Positions 6,524-14,321 of a stretch of 29,953 nt of DNA are shown one piece after another. Source of the stretch: a virus (taxonomy: Duplodnaviria; Caudoviricetes). A program made the translations under genes and the position numbers. The number at the start of each line of letters is the position of its first letter. Positions within the stretch are counted from its first letter, which is position 1. The notes under the pieces are model-generated. The model was not told the DNA's origin, did not search any database, and saw nothing but the letters and a program-made list of their open reading frames with translations. The stretch spans positions 1 through 29,953 of the IMG/VR virus record IMGVR_UViG_3300017754_000738, one strand, 5' to 3'.

Positions 6524-6669
6524 CTGCACTCCTTGGTGAACAACGCCCGCACGGTGAAGCACTCAGGGACGTACTGGTAGTAGTGGTAGGCGTACCCGGC
6601 CACCATCAGGGTTGCAACGAAGCCTATTGCCATGCAGGCAAATGCACACAGGTTGAGGATGGCTCTCAT
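6520..6669 (-). CDS. small membrane protein (49 aa)
   Basis: Hand translation MRAILNLCAFACMAIGFVATLMVAGYAYHYYQYVPECFTVRALFTKECR; GGAGG RBS; ATGA overlaps on both sides. Confidence 0.65.
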   Translation of the reverse strand: MRAILNLCAFACMAIGFVATLMVAGYAYHYYQYVPECFTVRALFTKECR

Positions 6670-6863
6670 TCTTCCTCCATCGTTTCGTTGATGGCTTGCA
6701 GCACCTCGTAGATGCGCTCAACCTCGTCGGCCACAACCTGCCACCGGGGCACAGCGTTGCCGATGCTGCCGTCAGCACTGAACTGCATGACCTCATCATC
6801 AGGTCGCAGCCCCCTTATCCCGCAGAGCTTGTAAGCGGCTTTCTTGCGGTCAAACGGGGTCAT
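6666..6863 (-). CDS. hypothetical protein
   Basis: Start refined to the ATGA overlap at 6863. Confidence 0.6.
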   Translation of the reverse strand: MTPFDRKKAAYKLCGIRGLRPDDEVMQFSADGSIGNAVPRWQVVADEVERIYEVLQAINETMEEE

Positions 6864-7033
6864 CCGCCCACCCCCATCTGGCCCGTCATGTTCAGGTAGT
6901 GGCTCTGGCGCTGCACTTGCAGCCACTCAATGCGGCGGGCTTCCGCCTCCTGCTCTTCCCAGCGTTTGGCACCCTGCTCGATGAGGCGCTGGGCGTCTTG
7001 AGCTACTTGCTTGTCGAATTCGGCTTGTGTCAT
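6860..7033 (-). CDS. hypothetical protein (57 aa)
   Basis: Hand translation MTQAEFDKQVAQDAQRLIEQGAKRWEEQEAE...; AAGGA RBS; first gene after the promoter at 7071. Confidence 0.65.
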   Translation of the reverse strand: MTQAEFDKQVAQDAQRLIEQGAKRWEEQEAEARRIEWLQVQRQSHYLNMTGQMGVGG

Positions 7034-7070
7034 CTTGGTTCCTTGGTTGCCTGCGTATTGCAGTGATGGT

Positions 7071-7079
7071 ATTGTAACA
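7071..7079 (-). promoter_or_regulatory. extended -10 promoter (TGTTACAAT)
   Basis: Intergenic, AT-rich upstream sequence. Confidence 0.55.
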
Positions 7080-7116
7080 GAAAATTAGATTTATCTGGCG
7101 CTTTGTGAAAAAAGTT

Positions 7117-8343
7117 CTAGGTGGTTTCCCTAGTCTTTAAGACTGCATCCACTTCTTGGATTCTTTTGCCAATCCATCCCATCACAGGCACAGCCATTGA
7201 GTTGCCCAGCGCCTTGTACCTCGGCCCGTCAGGGGTTGCCTTGCCCTTGGGCTGGATGTCGGTGTAGCGGTCTGGGAACCCTTGCAGGCGCTCACATTCG
7301 ATAGGCGTTAGGCGGCGTACCGCCATTGCTTGCGCGACACCATGCACACCCGTTGCATTGAGCGTGTACATAGGCCCGCCATCAGTAAACCCATCGCCAT
7401 TGCCACCGTTCTCAGGCTTGCGTCCTATAGTGTTTTCAGCAAGTGCAATGGTTTGCGCTGTTCCATCACTTTCCGACCACCAACCATGTCCATTACTGAC
7501 TGCCACCGCCATTGGATTCTTGGCTCCCAATGTTTGAGTCATGTCCACATCAGTCTGCGGGTTTGACATCTGTCCACTGAATGCAATGGGCTGCGCCACT
7601 CCATGCACACTTCTGCTTTGTCCTGTTCTGGCGCACAGACTACCTACTGAAACCACTTGTGAATCGTAGTTGCCGTTGTGACCTATTCCTCGTCCGGGTG
7701 TTCCTTTGTCAAGGGTTCCTGCGACATCGTAGTCACTGATAGGAGCGCCTGATGCAATGCTGGCGGCAAAACTTTTCCCCTTTTTTCGGCTCGGCGCAGG
7801 ATGCCCTTGCAGGCTGTGGCGCTCAAAAAGAACCGCTGCGGCAGGTCGCCAGTCTCCAAGGTATCCGACAACGAACACACGTTTGCGCCGCTGTGCCACT
7901 CCGAAATACTGAGCGTCAAGCACCCTGTATGCGAACCCATACCCGAGGATTGCCAACCCTCCGAGGAAGGAACCAAAGTCCCGTCCTTCAGCGGAGGACA
8001 GAACGCCGGGGACGTTCTCCCAGACCAGCCAGTTGGGGCGATATTGTTTAGCAATGGCAAGATAGGTAAGCATGAGGTTGCCACGAGGGTCATCCAGTCC
8101 TTTTCTGAGTCCTGCGACTGAGAAAGACTGGCATGGTGTTCCTCCAACGAAAACATCGACATCTGCATCAGGCCACCCCTTAAATTTGGTCATATCGCCC
8201 AAGTTGGGCACGGTTGGGTAATGGTGCTGCAACACCTTGCAAGGGAACGGCTCAATCTCCGAATAAGCCACCGACTCCCATCCTAATGGGTGCCAAGCAA
8301 CACTCGCTGCTTCAATCCCACTGCAAACAGAAAGAAATTTCAT
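7117..8343 (-). CDS. DNA (cytosine-5)-methyltransferase
   Basis: Motif I SVCSGIEA, IV GGTPCQSFS, VI ENVPG, VIII QRRKRVF, IX RRLTPIECERLQGFP, X YKALGNS. Confidence 0.95.
   Translation of the reverse strand: MKFLSVCSGIEAASVAWHPLGWESVAYSEIEPFPCKVLQHHYPTVPNLGDMTKFKGWPDADVDVFVGGTPCQSFSVAGLRKGLDDPRGNLMLTYLAIAKQYRPNWLVWENVPGVLSSAEGRDFGSFLGGLAILGYGFAYRVLDAQYFGVAQRRKRVFVVGYLGDWRPAAAVLFERHSLQGHPAPSRKKGKSFAASIASGAPISDYDVAGTLDKGTPGRGIGHNGNYDSQVVSVGSLCARTGQSRSVHGVAQPIAFSGQMSNPQTDVDMTQTLGAKNPMAVAVSNGHGWWSESDGTAQTIALAENTIGRKPENGGNGDGFTDGGPMYTLNATGVHGVAQAMAVRRLTPIECERLQGFPDRYTDIQPKGKATPDGPRYKALGNSMAVPVMGWIGKRIQEVDAVLKTRETT
7683..8168 (-). CDS. nested +1-frame ORF inside the methyltransferase, M.EcoHK31I beta-polypeptide-like
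   Basis: 161 open codons in the alternate frame; C-terminus SLSDTLETGDLPQRFFLSATACKGILRRAEKRGKVLPPAL; AAGGGGTG upstream of the ATG. Confidence 0.65.
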   Translation of the reverse strand: MQMSMFSLEEHHASLSQSQDSEKDWMTLVATSCLPILPLLNNIAPTGWSGRTSPAFCPPLKDGTLVPSSEGWQSSGMGSHTGCLTLSISEWHSGANVCSLSDTLETGDLPQRFFLSATACKGILRRAEKRGKVLPPALHQALLSVTTMSQEPLTKEHPDEE

Positions 8344-8352
8344 ATATGGTCT

Positions 8353-8661
8353 TTAGTGCTTCAAGTAGTCCAAAAGCCGCTCTAGAATGTCCGTGTGGTC
8401 ATCGTAAGGGGGTAGGCCCATCTGCTGCTCAAAAGTGTGCAGGATGAACCCCACGCCTGCTGCAAAGCCCTGCTCGTACTCCGTTGGTGGCGGTGACGCA
8501 TCAGTGGACGCCTTGCAGTCTTTGTGGGAAGCGGTGAACATGTCCATGTGGGCCAGCATGTCGTTGATGGGCACGGGCATCTTTGGCGGGGACTGAGTAG
8601 CACCGCAGTGCTGACACTCGTACTGGCCCGTCTCTACGTTGATAACTATGTGGTCGGTCAT
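8353..8661 (-). CDS. hypothetical protein with a Zn-binding-like motif
   Basis: GAGGAG RBS; CQHCG...HKDC. Confidence 0.75.
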   Translation of the reverse strand: MTDHIVINVETGQYECQHCGATQSPPKMPVPINDMLAHMDMFTASHKDCKASTDASPPPTEYEQGFAAGVGFILHTFEQQMGLPPYDDHTDILERLLDYLKH

Positions 8662-8673
8662 TTGGACTGCTCC

Positions 8674-9060
8674 TCAAATAAATAATTTGTCTGCTGCCGC
8701 TATTGCGGCCATCAAGCCCTCATGCTCTCGCACCCGGTGGTAGGGCACAAAGACCATGCGGTAGCCGTTTGGGTAGTGTTTCTGGAACTTCTCATGGCGG
8801 TCTGGTTGGGTGCCCTCAAGGACGCCAAGGTCGGCAGGCATGTAGCCCTCATCCGAGCAAACATGGCCTCCAAGATGGTGGCCTTCAGCGGATATGAGCA
8901 TCGCGTTAAACCAACCGGGGCTACCCCCGTTGTTGAAGCCGTAAATCCACGGAAGCTCGTCCACGGGCAACCCCTTTGGGTTGTAGACCGCGTTGCCCCG
9001 GCCCTCATGCTCAAAGTTGTGCTGGGCAAGGTAAAGCGCTGCTGCTGCTGGTGTGGTCAT
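8674..9060 (-). CDS. hypothetical phage protein
   Basis: GGAG RBS; ATGA coupling; IYGFNNGG...GGHVCSDEGYM. Confidence 0.8.
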   Translation of the reverse strand: MTTPAAAALYLAQHNFEHEGRGNAVYNPKGLPVDELPWIYGFNNGGSPGWFNAMLISAEGHHLGGHVCSDEGYMPADLGVLEGTQPDRHEKFQKHYPNGYRMVFVPYHRVREHEGLMAAIAAADKLFI

Positions 9061-9338
9061 GCTGTGTACTCCAATGCTTGCAGGTTGCTGATGAGGGCGT
9101 TGATTTCAGTGATGGTGTTTTGGAAGTCGGCCATCACCTGTTGCTTCTTCTTTTCTAGCGCCGCGATTTGCTGGGCGCGTGGGTCGTAGTTGTCCGGAAC
9201 TTCAATCTCTACCTGCCGCTCACCGACATAACTGCGGTCTTCGCTATCATCAAACTTGCAGGGATAAAGTTGGAATTCGCCTTCCTGCTCCCAGTCGTAT
9301 TTGACATAGTGCAAGTGCATGGTCATAGTGGTTTTCAT
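9057..9338 (-). CDS. hypothetical phage protein with C-terminal coiled coil
   Basis: AAGGA RBS; coupled ORF ending LQALEY. Confidence 0.8.
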   Translation of the reverse strand: MKTTMTMHLHYVKYDWEQEGEFQLYPCKFDDSEDRSYVGERQVEIEVPDNYDPRAQQIAALEKKKQQVMADFQNTITEINALISNLQALEYTA

Positions 9339-9709
9339 GTCAGTTCCTTTGGTAGTTCAACGGTATCGCCCAGCTTGCTGGCTACATAGCAGCGCATGGC
9401 GGCAATCAGGGGTGTTGGGCCGTTGAACACATCCTGAAATGCTAGGCCCCCCCTTGCGTGCCATGTAAGCCCACCCTCGCTTGACCATGTTCCGATAACA
9501 TGCTGCTCAATAATTGGCCCGCCTTGTGCCCAGTCGGTTGATGGGTGCCATTGCACATACTCACGGTTAATTGGAATCAGCAGGCAAGAACACTTACCTC
9601 GTACATCCAAACGGATGTCGATGCGTCTCATGTATTGGTCTGTGCCGAACCCCTCAGCCATTGCCACCGCCCAATCAAGGGCTGCTCCTGTCAGTTCTGA
9701 TGTTTTCAT
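9335..9709 (-). CDS. DUF2591/NinX-like phage protein
   Basis: ELTGAALDWAVA, PSTDWAQGGPIIE, GPTPLIAAMRCYVASKLG. Confidence 0.85.
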   Translation of the reverse strand: MKTSELTGAALDWAVAMAEGFGTDQYMRRIDIRLDVRGKCSCLLIPINREYVQWHPSTDWAQGGPIIEQHVIGTWSSEGGLTWHARGGLAFQDVFNGPTPLIAAMRCYVASKLGDTVELPKELT

Positions 9710-9723
9710 GGTGGTTCCTTTCT

Positions 9724-9737
9724 GGGGCCGAAGCCCC
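9724..9737 (-). other. UUCG-capped hairpin next to an RBS
   Basis: GGGGC-TTCG-GCCCC with no U-tract. Confidence 0.5.
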
Positions 9738-9745
9738 GTGGTTGA

Positions 9746-9922
9746 TTAAACTTTGTAGTAGTCGCCGACTAAGCCGTAAATGTTGCGAATCTGGTTAGCC
9801 GCATGTGACCCAATTTTTTCTGCCAGCCATTGCACGCTTTGTTTTCTTTCTTCCATGCTGATGCTGTTTTCCAAGTTAACGGCAAAGTCCGCCAAGGCTT
9901 GTGCAATTTGTGCTGTAGTCAT
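9746..9922 (-). CDS. hypothetical protein (58 aa)
   Basis: Start refined to ATG 9922 with GAGG RBS. Confidence 0.6.
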   Translation of the reverse strand: MTTAQIAQALADFAVNLENSISMEERKQSVQWLAEKIGSHAANQIRNIYGLVGDYYKV

Positions 9923-9935
9923 GCTGCCCTCTTGA

Positions 9936-10244
9936 TTAACGTGCGGTGACCTTGACGGTGAACACTGCGGTGGTTTTGGTGTACTGAGCCACTTGGTCAG
10001 CAGTGATGCCGAGCGCTGCGTACATGGCTTTGTGGTCAACGGTAGAGCGGTTGCTTTCGCTGTAGGTAGCCTTGAACAAAGCACCTTCGACAACCTTGTC
10101 GCCGCCTGCGCTGGCGCTGTCTTTGATGCTGTCCTTGATGGCGTCAGCTTGCTTGGTCAACTCGGCGATTTGCGCGAGGAGGGTACCGAGGGTATCCACG
10201 TTGCTGGTGGAGACTGCGGCCATTTCGACTTGAGAGACTTGCAT
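9936..10244 (-). CDS. conserved hypothetical phage protein
   Basis: AAGGA RBS; strongly biased codons; N-terminal coiled coil. Confidence 0.8.
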   Translation of the reverse strand: MQVSQVEMAAVSTSNVDTLGTLLAQIAELTKQADAIKDSIKDSASAGGDKVVEGALFKATYSESNRSTVDHKAMYAALGITADQVAQYTKTTAVFTVKVTAR

Positions 10245-10293
10245 GATGTTTTCCTTGTTACCTGCCTTGCACTATTGCTTGGTCAGTGCTGGT

Positions 10294-10302
10294 AGTGTAA
10301 CA
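10294..10302 (-). promoter_or_regulatory. extended -10 promoter (TGTTACACT)
   Basis: Intergenic; leader similar to that of the 7071 promoter. Confidence 0.55.
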
Positions 10303-10380
10303 AGGAATTACACAGAAAACCATCCCCCTCAAAAATATTTCACAATAATTTCTATCGAACTCTCAGAGCGATTAACTTTT

Positions 10381-10959
10381 TCAATTCTGCTCTGGTGTGG
10401 GCATTCGGTGCTTCCAGCAGTGGCCCTTGGCGATGCGCCATAGGTGGGTATACCGAAACCCCGTCAACCGAGCAGCTTCCGCTGGGCTAATTTCTTTGCG
10501 TTGCAAACGGTCAACCAGTTCCACGGGAACTTTGGCTCCGTGGTGTTGCTCACCCTTGGGGTACATATTTCTGGCAATCCGGTCACGCATGTTTCCTCGT
10601 TGGTCGTCCCACCGAAGGTTGTCCGGGCAATTGTTGGATGTGTCGCTATCGTTGTGGCAAGCAAACTCTCGCGCTGCTGGCTCCCTGTCAAAAGCCATCA
10701 GCACCAGCCGAGAGACTAGCTTGATGAATTTCTTGTTGTCCACACCAAACCGGACTGTCGCGTAACCGTTGCGTTGGTACTGCGACAAGAACCGGCCTTT
10801 GTAATGCTGCACCACATCTTTGTTCAGCAAAGCGGAGAATTTTTTAACCGCCCTTGGGTGACTGTAAATTCTTCCCTTGTTCGTGGCAGAGATAAACCCT
10901 TGGTACTGCGGGACAGCTTTTAGCACCTCGCCATCAAGCAATTTTGCTTCGCACGTCAT
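10381..10959 (-). CDS. NUMOD4-like/HNH homing endonuclease (192 aa)
   Basis: Start refined to ATG 10959 (GGAG, 7 nt spacing); VPQYQG..SATNKGRIYS, RLVLMAF, CHNDSDTSNNCPDNLRW...NMRD, C-terminal HTH-like segment. Confidence 0.85.
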   Translation of the reverse strand: MTCEAKLLDGEVLKAVPQYQGFISATNKGRIYSHPRAVKKFSALLNKDVVQHYKGRFLSQYQRNGYATVRFGVDNKKFIKLVSRLVLMAFDREPAAREFACHNDSDTSNNCPDNLRWDDQRGNMRDRIARNMYPKGEQHHGAKVPVELVDRLQRKEISPAEAARLTGFRYTHLWRIAKGHCWKHRMPTPEQN

Positions 10960-11221
10960 CAAGCAACTCCATTTCGGTGAACCCGTAATGAGCCTCAAAC
11001 GCTTTGCGGCCCATCCCATGAACACCCATGTTACCACGGTGATGTAAAACACACAAAGGCAATACATCCATATGGCTTGCTCTGCGCCCCATGCCAACCC
11101 CTGTTCTGTGATGATGAAGCTCAACCGGCCCCGGCTCGTGAGGGCCATGAATCCTTCTGCATACGGCGCAGCCAAGCTCGGCCACGAGCGACATGTGGCG
11201 TTGTTCGTCTTTGGTGGTCAT
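10934..11221 (-). CDS. Ref-like/DUF968 HNH-type nuclease (recombination enhancement family)
   Basis: Start at the ATGA overlap 11221; LGCAVC, ELHHHRTG.GMGRRASH.DVLPLCVLHH, FEAHYG. Confidence 0.8.
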   Translation of the reverse strand: MTTKDEQRHMSLVAELGCAVCRRIHGPHEPGPVELHHHRTGVGMGRRASHMDVLPLCVLHHRGNMGVHGMGRKAFEAHYGFTEMELLDDVRSKIA

Positions 11222-11469
11222 TTCTTCCTCGTGGGGCGGGGGCAGTCCTCGGGGACATGCACAACGCACCAGACGGCCTCTGGCGGGCGTTGGTGAGCGC
11301 CTAGCACCCACCTGTCTATGTAGGCGTCCGCCATCTTCTTGAGGCACGCTCGGGTCACCCTCAAGTCAATGCCCGTTCTGGCGCATATGTCGGACACGCT
11401 CAACCCGTCGGAGTGTTCCAGCAGCAGCGCCCGGATAGTGGGCGGCTTGGGCTTGTAGCGTTCATTCAT
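11218..11469 (-). CDS. putative winged-HTH protein
   Basis: DGLSVSDICARTGIDLRVTRACLKKM. Confidence 0.65.
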   Translation of the reverse strand: MNERYKPKPPTIRALLLEHSDGLSVSDICARTGIDLRVTRACLKKMADAYIDRWVLGAHQRPPEAVWCVVHVPEDCPRPTRKK

Positions 11470-11731
11470 GCTTCAGTTTATTTGTCAACGGGTGCTTCCA
11501 CCACCCGCTGTTGTCTTTTGAGCTTCTGTGCTTCACGCGGGCGTAGGTATCTGTCACCTCAAATCGTTCTTGCTCCACGTTGTCTTCCATATCGCGGACA
11601 TCCTTGTTTGTCCAACCACCGCGCACTTCCAAAGTCATGTTTCTTTTCCATTGCTCACAGTTGTTTACGCTTTTAAGCCCCATCACATGCGCCACGGCTC
11701 GGTCAAGTGCGGCTCCTGTTAATTTGGTCAT
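11462..11731 (-). CDS. hypothetical protein with a DUF2591-like N-terminus only
   Basis: LTGAALDRAVA matches the start of 9335..9709, then diverges. Confidence 0.55.
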   Translation of the reverse strand: MTKLTGAALDRAVAHVMGLKSVNNCEQWKRNMTLEVRGGWTNKDVRDMEDNVEQERFEVTDTYARVKHRSSKDNSGWWKHPLTNKLKHE

Positions 11732-11886
11732 GCGTCCTTCTCCAAAACAATGCGTTCAAGCACATCCATTGCGCTGCCAACATCTTCAACCAAATAGTCG
11801 GGGAGCCTTCTGTCGGGCTGGCTAAATGCCCACGATTCCATTGCGCTCAACAGCTTGATGATGCGCAGGGCTTCTGTTTTAGTCAT
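11728..11886 (-). CDS. hypothetical protein (52 aa)
   Basis: Hand translation MTKTEALRIIKLLSAMESWAFSQPDRRLPDYL...; ATGA overlaps on both sides. Confidence 0.65.
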   Translation of the reverse strand: MTKTEALRIIKLLSAMESWAFSQPDRRLPDYLVEDVGSAMDVLERIVLEKDA

Positions 11887-12524
11887 GTATTCTTTTGTTT
11901 GAGTTTGTTGTAGTGCGCTGTCAGCAGATTGTGTTCTGCAAGTTCTCTTGCTCGATGCTTGTTGATGCCCTCACGCATTAAATTGACAACAATCACATCC
12001 CTCCGTGCCACAGGCTCCTGCGCTGGCAGGGGTGAGGCCATGCGCTGCTGCTTCCATGCTTGGTATTCTTGTTCAACACCGTAAATAAACTGCCCGTTAT
12101 CGTGGCGGCGCGAGTTGACGGCGTTGTGTTCAACAAACTCAAGGCGCATCGCGTTGTCGTCAGGCTCCTGCGCTGGCAGGGGCGGCAGTGGGTCAACCAA
12201 GCTAATAATCGCACTCATAGCATCCATAATGTGCATGCCAAGGGGCGGTAGGTACTTGTTAATTACGGACACTATGGCCTCAAGCCTTTGACGGTCATCC
12301 ATTGCTGCTGGCTCTTTGTACACGCTCATGGGGTCGATGCGCTCACCATCTTTTTGCCACGATGTGCCGTACATGGCGCGGTCTTCGTGCATCTTCTTGT
12401 ACGCCTCATCAAAGTGGGAATTGATTTTGTCCATTGCCGCCTGTCGTTTGGCATTGAAGCCACCGCCCCAGTCACCCTGCCGCTGGGCAAGGTCATCGAA
12501 CGCTTCGTCTTCTTCAGTTTTCAT
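11883..12524 (-). CDS. mosaic hypothetical protein with repeated LPAQEP linker
   Basis: Start probably ATG 12524; 19-nt direct repeat caggctcctgcgctggcag. Confidence 0.7.
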   Translation of the reverse strand: MKTEEDEAFDDLAQRQGDWGGGFNAKRQAAMDKINSHFDEAYKKMHEDRAMYGTSWQKDGERIDPMSVYKEPAAMDDRQRLEAIVSVINKYLPPLGMHIMDAMSAIISLVDPLPPLPAQEPDDNAMRLEFVEHNAVNSRRHDNGQFIYGVEQEYQAWKQQRMASPLPAQEPVARRDVIVVNLMREGINKHRARELAEHNLLTAHYNKLKQKNT

Positions 12525-12687
12525 CTTTAATCTTTCGGTCAAGTTCTTTCAGCATTAACGCAAAATAGGCTTCGCGTATACCCAATCCTGAGTTTTCAAC
12601 AACCTCGTCGGTCAAGGTCATGGCGTAGTTCAATTCCTTCCAAGGCTTTGACTCGTCAACGTATTGCACCTTCAAAACCCAAGTCAT
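12514..12687 (-). CDS. hypothetical protein (57 aa)
   Basis: Hand translation MTWVLKVQYVDESKPWKELNYAM...; fills the gap and overlaps both neighbours. Confidence 0.55.
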   Translation of the reverse strand: MTWVLKVQYVDESKPWKELNYAMTLTDEVVENSGLGIREAYFALMLKELDRKIKDEN

Positions 12688-12896
12688 AGCACGCCGTTCT
12701 TCAGCGTGATGCAGGTGCCCTCAAGCTGAGTAATCATTGCGCTGCCTTTGAGGGCCATCTTGCGCAGGTTCTCTTTCTGCGACTCCACCGCAACGCGGCA
12801 CTCAGACTCGCGGGTGAAGTATTTCATTGACTGCATGAACTCACAGTTGCCGTTCATGCACACGAACAGGATGGGGATGTAGATGACTTGAATCAT
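12684..12896 (-). CDS. small Cys-containing protein, possibly exported
   Basis: Hydrophobic N-terminus, four Cys, ATGA coupling. Confidence 0.7.
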   Translation of the reverse strand: MIQVIYIPILFVCMNGNCEFMQSMKYFTRESECRVAVESQKENLRKMALKGSAMITQLEGTCITLKNGVL

Positions 12897-13132
12897 AGGT
12901 ACTTGTTCGCGCAGATTACGTCAATCACTACCTCGGTGTAGCGGCCATTGACCAGCTTGCGGGCGTAGATGATGCGGGGTCGGAAGTCAGCGCTGCGGCA
13001 CTCGTGCATGGCCTCAATCTGCTCACCACGGGTCAGTGGATGGGCGTCTCGCTCCACGACCAAGTTCTGCCCCATCGGCTGCGATGCGCAACCCACCAGC
13101 ACCAGCGGTGCCAAAACAAACAGCTTTTTCAT
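12893..13132 (-). CDS. putative lipoprotein
   Basis: MKKLFVLAPLVLVG-C lipobox. Confidence 0.75.
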   Translation of the reverse strand: MKKLFVLAPLVLVGCASQPMGQNLVVERDAHPLTRGEQIEAMHECRSADFRPRIIYARKLVNGRYTEVVIDVICANKYL

Positions 13133-13458
13133 AGTGTTGCCTTTCCTTCGGCGCGGTCATTCGCGCATTGTGTACGCCAGATTTCTACCCTTGCTTGTGC
13201 GCCAATCAAGTCCCAGCGGAGCTTCTCTTCAACCTCCACAGCGGCCCTCAAGCCGTCCAGTAGCTGCAAGTATTCATGATGGGCGTAGGCGTCTCGCTCC
13301 TGTGCTGCAATCACCTTCTCGCCGCTCTTCTTCATCAGAATGGCCTTCAGGCTCTTGCGGTACTCTTCGATGTAGGTGCGCTCTGCCCTTGCTTTGGCAA
13401 AACGCTTGCCGTGGACAAGGATGTAGTCCACCGCCTCATGTGGGTCAACTTCTCTCAT
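13129..13458 (-). CDS. conserved helical phage protein
   Basis: GAGG RBS; AQERDAYA...VEIWRT..AN motif. Confidence 0.8.
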   Translation of the reverse strand: MREVDPHEAVDYILVHGKRFAKARAERTYIEEYRKSLKAILMKKSGEKVIAAQERDAYAHHEYLQLLDGLRAAVEVEEKLRWDLIGAQARVEIWRTQCANDRAEGKATL

Positions 13459-13808
13459 TCCATCTCCTCAATGGTTATCTTCAACATGCCCCCGATGTCG
13501 GGTGCCCAGTAGATGCGCAGGTCGTGTATCTGCGAGTCGTCTTCGTACACCCCAGCGTGGGCCAGCGAGTCCAGCGTGGCCTTCAGGAGGTTGTCTAGGT
13601 CGCGTCGGCGGTTGTCCGGGCGGTAAGCCTCCACCGTAAGGTTCAAAGGCCCGTCAAAATGCTTCTGAGCGCGTTGGATGAGCATCTGGTCGGCCACAGC
13701 CTTGCGGTAGGAGCGGCCATCAGCGGAAATGAGCATCCGCCCGTTGACCATGCGCCAGTAGGTGTTGACCGACGGGGGCCACGGCAGGGTAATTTGCAGG
13801 GGCATCAT
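13455..13808 (-). CDS. rusA: RusA-family Holliday junction resolvase
   Basis: LPWPPSVNTYWR, PDNRRRDLDNLLKATLDSL, DDSQI. Confidence 0.93.
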   Translation of the reverse strand: MMPLQITLPWPPSVNTYWRMVNGRMLISADGRSYRKAVADQMLIQRAQKHFDGPLNLTVEAYRPDNRRRDLDNLLKATLDSLAHAGVYEDDSQIHDLRIYWAPDIGGMLKITIEEME

Positions 13809-14059
13809 TGGCGCTGCTCCGGTATGCGGTTGCGGATTGCTTCAGCCAGTCCTTGCACGCCTAGCACGTTGTATTCTGACCATTCATCTGCCATCTTGGC
13901 GCAGGCTTCTCGCTCAAGCATGATTGCCATCATGGTGGCTTGCATAGCGTAGGCCATGATTTCCTTCTTAACGTCCTCAAGCGCTTCGTTGAACTCCTGC
14001 TGAGTGAACAGGGTCTGCCCCTGACTGAACACGTTTTTCCTGAACGGATTTTCTTGCAT
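13805..14059 (-). CDS. hypothetical protein
   Basis: GGAG RBS; EREACAK...AEAIRNR motif. Confidence 0.75.
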   Translation of the reverse strand: MQENPFRKNVFSQGQTLFTQQEFNEALEDVKKEIMAYAMQATMMAIMLEREACAKMADEWSEYNVLGVQGLAEAIRNRIPEQRQ

Positions 14060-14321
14060 TGATTTGCTCCTGCTTCATTTGTTTTACCAACTCGTCAACG
14101 GCTGGCTTGCCCCTTGACTTCTCCATTCTTTCCTTGAGGTCGTACCACCAAGCCTGCGTTTGGAGTAGGCCAACCTCACTCACTTTTTTGTTGAACCTTG
14201 CTATCCACTCGCGGGCCTCGCACTCCTTCATGTACTGGATGACCGCAGGGTCTTGCTGTATCCGCACATGGTCTTTCTCCACCCAGATAGATGTGCTTTT
14301 CTTGGCACGGGGCTTTCTCAT
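13977..14321 (-). CDS. hypothetical protein
   Basis: ATGA coupling; ECEAREW..R...RG motif; the 3' end overlaps the next gene by 83 nt. Confidence 0.7.
   Translation of the reverse strand: MRKPRAKKSTSIWVEKDHVRIQQDPAVIQYMKECEAREWIARFNKKVSEVGLLQTQAWWYDLKERMEKSRGKPAVDELVKQMKQEQINARKSVQEKRVQSGADPVHSAGVQRSA

Noticed and set aside
10960-11175. 72-aa hydrophobic N-terminal extension of the HNH ORF
   Set aside because: It is an off-frame shadow of the Ref-like gene; a good RBS and ATG exist at 10959
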